A stretch of 64,000 nt of DNA from assembly GCA_025603075.1 (NCBI GenBank), contig MU626351.1, positions 18,034 through 82,033 on the forward strand, read 5' to 3'. Position 1 is the first letter of the stretch. Each line of letters opens with the position of its first letter. The position numbers and the translations under genes were made by a program. Source of the DNA: Neoconidiobolus thromboides FSU 785. Taxonomy: Eukaryota; Fungi; Entomophthoromycota. Under the pieces are notes generated by a model, which saw nothing but the letters and a program-made list of their open reading frames with translations, was not told the origin of the DNA and searched no databases. This document shows positions 50,114 through 64,000 of this stretch, one piece after another.

Positions 50114-53100
50114 TTACATAAGAGAACAACCTTCAATTTCAATTTTTTTTTGAATTTTTTTATAATCTTCTCTTCTTTGAACAAATTCTAATAATTCTTC
50201 TAAATGAAAAATGCCTAAAAATCTTTCTTGATCTTGAATTAATATTTTTAAATCTTCTGAGTCCATCAAATAAATGTTAGCTACTTCTTTTAAAGCTTGA
50301 TAATGATTCATAATTTCATTCAATTCTAATGTTAATATCCATGAAAAATAAGCTGATAAATCCGATAATAATTGATATCCTCCATATTGATTGATTGTAA
50401 ATTTCTTAATATGTTTAATTAAATCATGAAATAACCTTAATGCTATTTCATTATAAAATACATTTAGTATTTTAATATCAATTTTTTGTTGTTTAACTTT
50501 AGTTACATGATGAATTAAACAATTAATAACTTCTTGACATGCTTTACTTGGTTTTAAATTATTAAGTTGAGATTGCGGTCTAAAATCTAATGCTGTTTGA
50601 TAATATTTTAATAAATAATCGACATGTAACATTAATGTTTGTATTGATAAGTCCAAACCATTAGCAATAATTTCGTCCATTTTTGTTTCAAACTTTTTTT
50701 TAATTATATTACATGAATTTAAAAAGTCGTTTTTATCAATTAATTTGAATTTAATAAAATTACTAATATAATAATTATCGATTAATTCCATTAAATAATC
50801 TACTTGTAATATTAACGTAAAAAATGATAAAACTGGTAATACTAATTCTCCACCTTTTAATGTTTGATATTGGTTAGATTGATGTTTTCTTAATTGTTTA
50901 AATATAAATTCAAAGCTATAAAATAAATGTTCTTCATTTATATAATGAATTAATTTATGAAATACAAATTCCATGTGATTTTTTAATATCCCATTCCAAT
51001 ACCCTAATTTATCAAACCATTCAAATATAATAATACGCTGTAATGATTCTTCATTCATTAATATTAATTGTTGAATTAATTTAATTGATATGAATTCACT
51101 AAAATTAAATTCCTTATTTTCATTATTATCGTTATTAAAATACATATCACTACTATTGTTATTACTATTGTTATTACTATTAAATGAATTTGATTTAAAT
51201 GCTTTAGTCATTGAATCCAATAGTATATTCTTTTGATTTAAAAAAAACTTAGTATCAAATAAATTCAATTTGGATTTCAAATTGTTACTTTTTGCTTTTA
51301 ATTGTTCAATTTCTTCATTACCAAACATTTGAAATAAGAAATTTTTACACAATGTTGAATAATTTAAATCCAAATATAACATTTCATTTTTAACAAATAT
51401 ATCTAATTGGGGTCGGTATAGATAATAATAACTTAATTCAACTCGATGTAGATCCATTGGTATATCTAATTTTAATATATATTCTTGTCCTAATAAAAAG
51501 CTTTTTACTAATATTTTTCCATAGATGGAAGGTAACATATCACTTTGTTCTTCTGCTACACTTAATATAGGAATTAAAAAACCGGATATCTAATGTAAAA
51601 TAATTTATTATTATTATTATTACTATAAATTAAACTTACACAATCTCTGAATAATTGTTCAATAAATACCGTATTACCTTCTTTTGAATCATTGAATATT
51701 TTAATTAATAAATCATTCTCTAATAAGATTTGCTCTTGTATTTTTTGATAAAAATCTACCATCATATCATATATTAAATCTAAATCACTATTATTTTATA
51801 ATAAAATAATTAGTTTTAATATTATTAATGTATATAAACTTACTCTAAAGTTTCTGGTGATTTATAATCATGAAATACAAATATTGGATTTTGTTCAACT
51901 AACCATTTGATACCTAAATTATTTCCCTGTAGCCCTTGTAATGCTAAACATTGTATCTAGTAAAAACAAAATAAACAAATATTATATATTGTTATAATAA
52001 TACAATAATAATAATATATCGTAATTGTGTTATTATAAATTTAATAACTTACTTTTAATTCTTCCATATCCATTTCAGAATAAGCTAAATTTAAATTATT
52101 TAATAGACTAGCTTCATAATATTCTTTCATTATTAATAAATTATGATGGAACTAAAAATAGATAGAAAAATATTAATACATAAACAGTATTCATATTATG
52201 ATAAAATAGAATAATAAAACTACTTACAATATACCAATTATCTACAATCATTGCCTTTGAGAATTGAATTAATTGATATAATTGATTAGAAATTTGAGCC
52301 AAATCTTTTTGATTAAATAGTTCTAATTCTTGATTTTCAATTCTTTCGAATTGTAAATATTCTTTTTTTTTATTTGACCAAATACATTTTAAGATTTGTT
52401 CACAATTCAATTCATTAAAATTAATATCTAAATTAATATTCAGAATATAATTTAAAAACTATTATAATTGTATTAAAATATCACTTACCTACCCCCCAAT
52501 CAATTTTAGAAAACTCTATCCATTTTAATCGAATAGCCCATGTCGCATCCAATTGAATAAAATACATAAATCTTCTGTTGACTTGTTTTAATCTTAATAA
52601 ACTCTGTACAGAGCATAATTGAAATACTTTCATTAATACTTCATGTGGTAAATCCAATACATTTTTGACCACTATTTCCTTTTGTTGAATTTTCAAATTT
52701 TTATTGAAATTTAGGTTTTTACTCTTATTCTCACCGCTGTTGACATCTCTCTTTAATCGAAAATTTAATAGATTATTGAAATTAATTAAACCAGCCCCTT
52801 TCTTTTTGATTGCTTCTGGTCGGATTTCTTCAGATAAAACTTGTTGAACTTCTTTAACTGAAATCTCTTTGTCATTAACTTTATATTTCTCTTTATTGCT
52901 TTCTTCCTTATTATTATTATAATTCCTGATCGACTTTTCTTCTTCATCTACTTTCCAGTTATAATTGTTCTTTGTCTCAATTTTTTCTTCAGCTACCACT
53001 TTACTCTCTCCGCTGAACCAAGGATCTACTTGAAATCCCTTATTATCTCCTGTATTATCAAATCTAATTTCACTGAAATTTGTATATTCATTGTTAGTAT

Positions 53101-53341
53101 TAGTATTATTATGATCAATATCTTCTTCAAGTTGATTCTCTTCTTGATTTGTGAATTCCACTTTTTGCTCTAGTTTTTGTTGTATTTTTTGTACTTTTTC
53201 TTCTAAAACTTCGGTGTCAGGGATAGTTTCTTCACTGAATTCACCCCATGGTTCTTGATTTTCTTCGTTTTCTTTATTTTCAATACTTTCAGGGCCTACT
53301 AGTTCTCCCCATTGAGCTGTAGTATCATATAGACCATCCAT
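50114..53341 (-). CDS. RCY1: F-box + Sec10-like protein (recyclin-1-like), multi-exon
   Basis: F-box VLDLPHEVLMKVFQLCSVQSLLRLKQVNRR. The C-terminal half has Sec10-type motifs (QTALDFRP, PSKACQEVINCL, F..EIALRLF..LIKHIKKFTINQYGGYQLLSDL..Y, ELLEFVQRREDY..I), ending GCSLM. Confidence 0.75.
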
Positions 53342-53676
53342 TTATTATTTTTATTTTGTTATAAGATGTATGAAGTTAAGAACTGTATAAAACTAAAACT
53401 CATTTATTATTTTTTAGGAATAGGTGATTGCGAAATAAATGCTTAATTTTCAATTTCAACCAATAAAATTAAAAGGAAATTAGATAGCGTTGATTTGTTC
53501 TTTTAGACTATGAAGTGGTAATAAAGTAATTTATTAGTTAATATGGACTTTTTATTATAGTAATAAGAAGGAAAGTGGATGATAGTAACAACTAATAATA
53601 ATAAATAAATAAAATTTTAACTTTATTAAAATAGATCAATTTCAAACAAAAATTTTAAGCAAGTGGAATTCAATAG

Positions 53677-61670
<7,994 letters not shown>

Positions 61671-62293
61671 CTATGGTTATATTTTATAAATATTTTTTTA
61701 ATAAAAAAATGAATTTTAAAAATAAAACTATTTTATTTTTGAAAATTATTAATTTTTTTATAATTGTAACTTTCTATTTCTAGTAAATTCTTTAAATTCT
61801 TTTGATTGATTAATTTTTGAAATATTTTTGAGATTTAATTGCAATAAGATTCAAGCTCAAGATAAACAGCATCATTATCCAAGTTTATATTATTTAATGA
61901 CATATAAGATTAAATGATATAATGTACAATTTTAATAAAATAAACTTATGTATGCAATTTTTATACAATTAAACTAAACAAAATTTTGAGGAAATAGATT
62001 TTTATATACTTCATCATATGTCATTACACTTATTATATTTGATGGTTATTTCTTGAAACTTTATTTGTAATATCAATAACATGTATATTAATAAAAAAAA
62101 AATCCTACATTTTGAAAGCATTTTTTTATTTTAATATAATTTTACTATAAATATAAAATATTGTTTTTAACAAAACCATCCCAAGATAAATGAAATTTTT
62201 AAAAAACTACTCATTGCCAACAAAATATTGAAATAGTGACACAGTTTAAGTTAACTTAAAAACTTTGATTTATTCCATATTGAAATAAAAATC

Positions 62294-62871
62294 TTAGTTA
62301 TCCTTTGGTGGATCTAAATTGATAGATGGGTTATGGAAGAGAGTATGGTCACCTAAATAAAAATATATATTAAAACTCATTCACTTTTATCTGCTTAATC
62401 ATATGATATTACCATCGCCGAATGGGAAAGCCTAAAAAAAAGAAGGTTAGACCAAAAATTAGTTAGAAGTGAAAAAAAGTTACCTTATTACGAATACGAA
62501 GATGAGGCCATGGTTTGAACTCATAAGGGTGGTGCTTCATGTGTTCTTCATGATCTTTAGCAATACGATAAGCGTTATAAGAGGTAACAATTAAAATTGG
62601 ACCTGCAACGTATAATGAGATTAAACGCCAGGTATTGGTGGCCTCTATTTAATTTTTTTAGTATTTGTCCTGAATGTATTTTTTATTTTATTGTGTCTTT
62701 ATTTTTTTATATTTAAATTGTCAAAAATTTACTTTTAGCATGCTCTTGGGTATGCTTTAATTCTTCAAAATACTTTTCTCTAGCTGAAGAAGAAGCAGTA
62801 GAAGAATATTGACGTAAGCTACTACGTGCACTAGCTTTGGTACTATTGAAGAAGAGTCTACTGGTTAACAT
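62294..62871 (-). CDS. COX13: Cytochrome c oxidase subunit VIa (Cox13), 4 exons; missed by ORF track
   Basis: Spliced: presequence MLTSRLFFNSTKASARSSLRQYSS, EHAKKATNTWRLISLYVAGPILIVTSYNAY (TM), [28 protein letters not shown]. Confidence 0.9.
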
Positions 62872-63558
62872 TTTATAAAAAAGAAAATGAGCGAGATTTA
62901 GGCATGAAATTTAATTCGGACAGGTTAATTAATCTATTGCTTATTTTATTGGTTAATTTTATCTTTTGTTCATTTTTTACTAACGCACGAGATTTTTGGT
63001 AGAGATTTTATGGGATCTTGAGTTTTCGAAAGTGAGCTTTCAAACATTTCGTCATAAGTTATTATAGTTATTTAACACACTGAAGTACTTGATAGAATTT
63101 ATGTCCTTTATATTTACATAAACTGAAAATAGGAACTAAAAACATAAGTGAAAAAAGTATGTCAGGAAATATAGACAGAAAATAAGTATAAAACTTAAAT
63201 ACGAAATATAGGCTATATTATGTATTATTTGATGCTATAAACGGTTTACTATACACTAATACTTAAAATACTCCTCAAACTTAAACCCAATATAACATTC
63301 GTTCTATATAGGTGGTCAACAGTACAATTATTGTTACGAATACACGGTTGGTGATTATCTCCTTTCCTTTCAAAGAATTCTATATTTAGCATTTAACCAA
63401 TCAAATTGGAGATTAAGGTCATTTCAGATTTCGAGAAATTATAGCAAAAAGCTTCCCCTTAAGGGGCAAGAAAATAAATAAATGATAGCACAAAAAATAG
63501 TATAAAAAGCATTTAAATCAATGAGCCCCTTTTTTACTTTTCAATATTCAATAAAACA

Positions 63559-64000
63559 ATGAACAATATAAAGTATTTAAGATTACCATATAAGAGTGTA
63601 TTTTTCATACCTAAAATAAAAATGGGGGCGATATCTTATCTTTGGCCACAAAGCGAAATCAAGCGTAAAAATAAAGTATTGATATTTTTTCCAGGTAAAT
63701 ATGAGAAGTAAGATTCAATGTATAGTTGACTTTTATTTTTTAAATCAGGAAATCCTGGATGCCCAGAGTATTACATTGATTTTTTAGACCAAGTTTACAA
63801 TAAATTAGATCAAAAGTTGGAGATTATATTAAGTAAATGAGAACGATAAAAAGAATTTAGCATACATCTAATATATTTATAAAAATAGTTGGCCATGTAG
63901 GGCAAAGCTCAAGTCAAAGTTTAAACCTGGTCTCAGAAAGTATATATAGTTTAAATGACCAAGTGGAGTTCAAACTTCATTGTTTAGATAAGATAGTTGA
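63559..64000 (+). CDS. Lipid droplet-associated hydrolase-like (alpha/beta hydrolase), 5' part; runs off the window
   Basis: Spliced VLIFFPGNPGCPEYYIDFL...IGHVGQ...YSLNDQVEFKL matches the LDAH/YPR147C pattern (PGNPG, H.G, SL.DQV..K). Start could be 63559 or 63622. Confidence 0.75.

Noticed and set aside
63280-63490. Short open frame between COX13 and the LDAH-like gene
   Set aside because: No start, consistent splice structure or recognisable motif; probably promoter DNA.

Overview
AT-rich eukaryotic (fungal) genomic DNA with many short GT-AG introns and Asn-rich proteins. An early-diverging, Zoopagomycota-like fungus is my inference, not proven. Compact clusters of conserved genes (ILV3, TMEM70-like, tRNA-Glu, POP1; IVD, PEX39-like, MAAI, UBR7-like; ERG3, RCY1, MMS22/Mus7-like, COX13, LDAH-like) alternate with gene-poor stretches. 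These stretches hold about 23 copies of a ~98-bp MITE (GGGG...CCCC ends, 4-bp A/T-rich target duplications, Sola-like), pseudogenes and decayed transposons. The most striking structure is a nested island at 9.4-12.0 kb. There, two 464-bp TG...CA solo-LTR-like elements in inverted orientation each sit at the terminal G/C run of a MITE, and together they bracket a dead Sola-like DDD transposase fragment. Other points of interest are a GPI-type CE4 deacetylase lacking its metal ligands, a SANT/Myb-like segment inside the MMS22-like protein, and several genes missed by the ORF track (PEX39-like, COX13, LDAH-like, MAAI). All assignments come from motif recognition by eye; no database searches were run.
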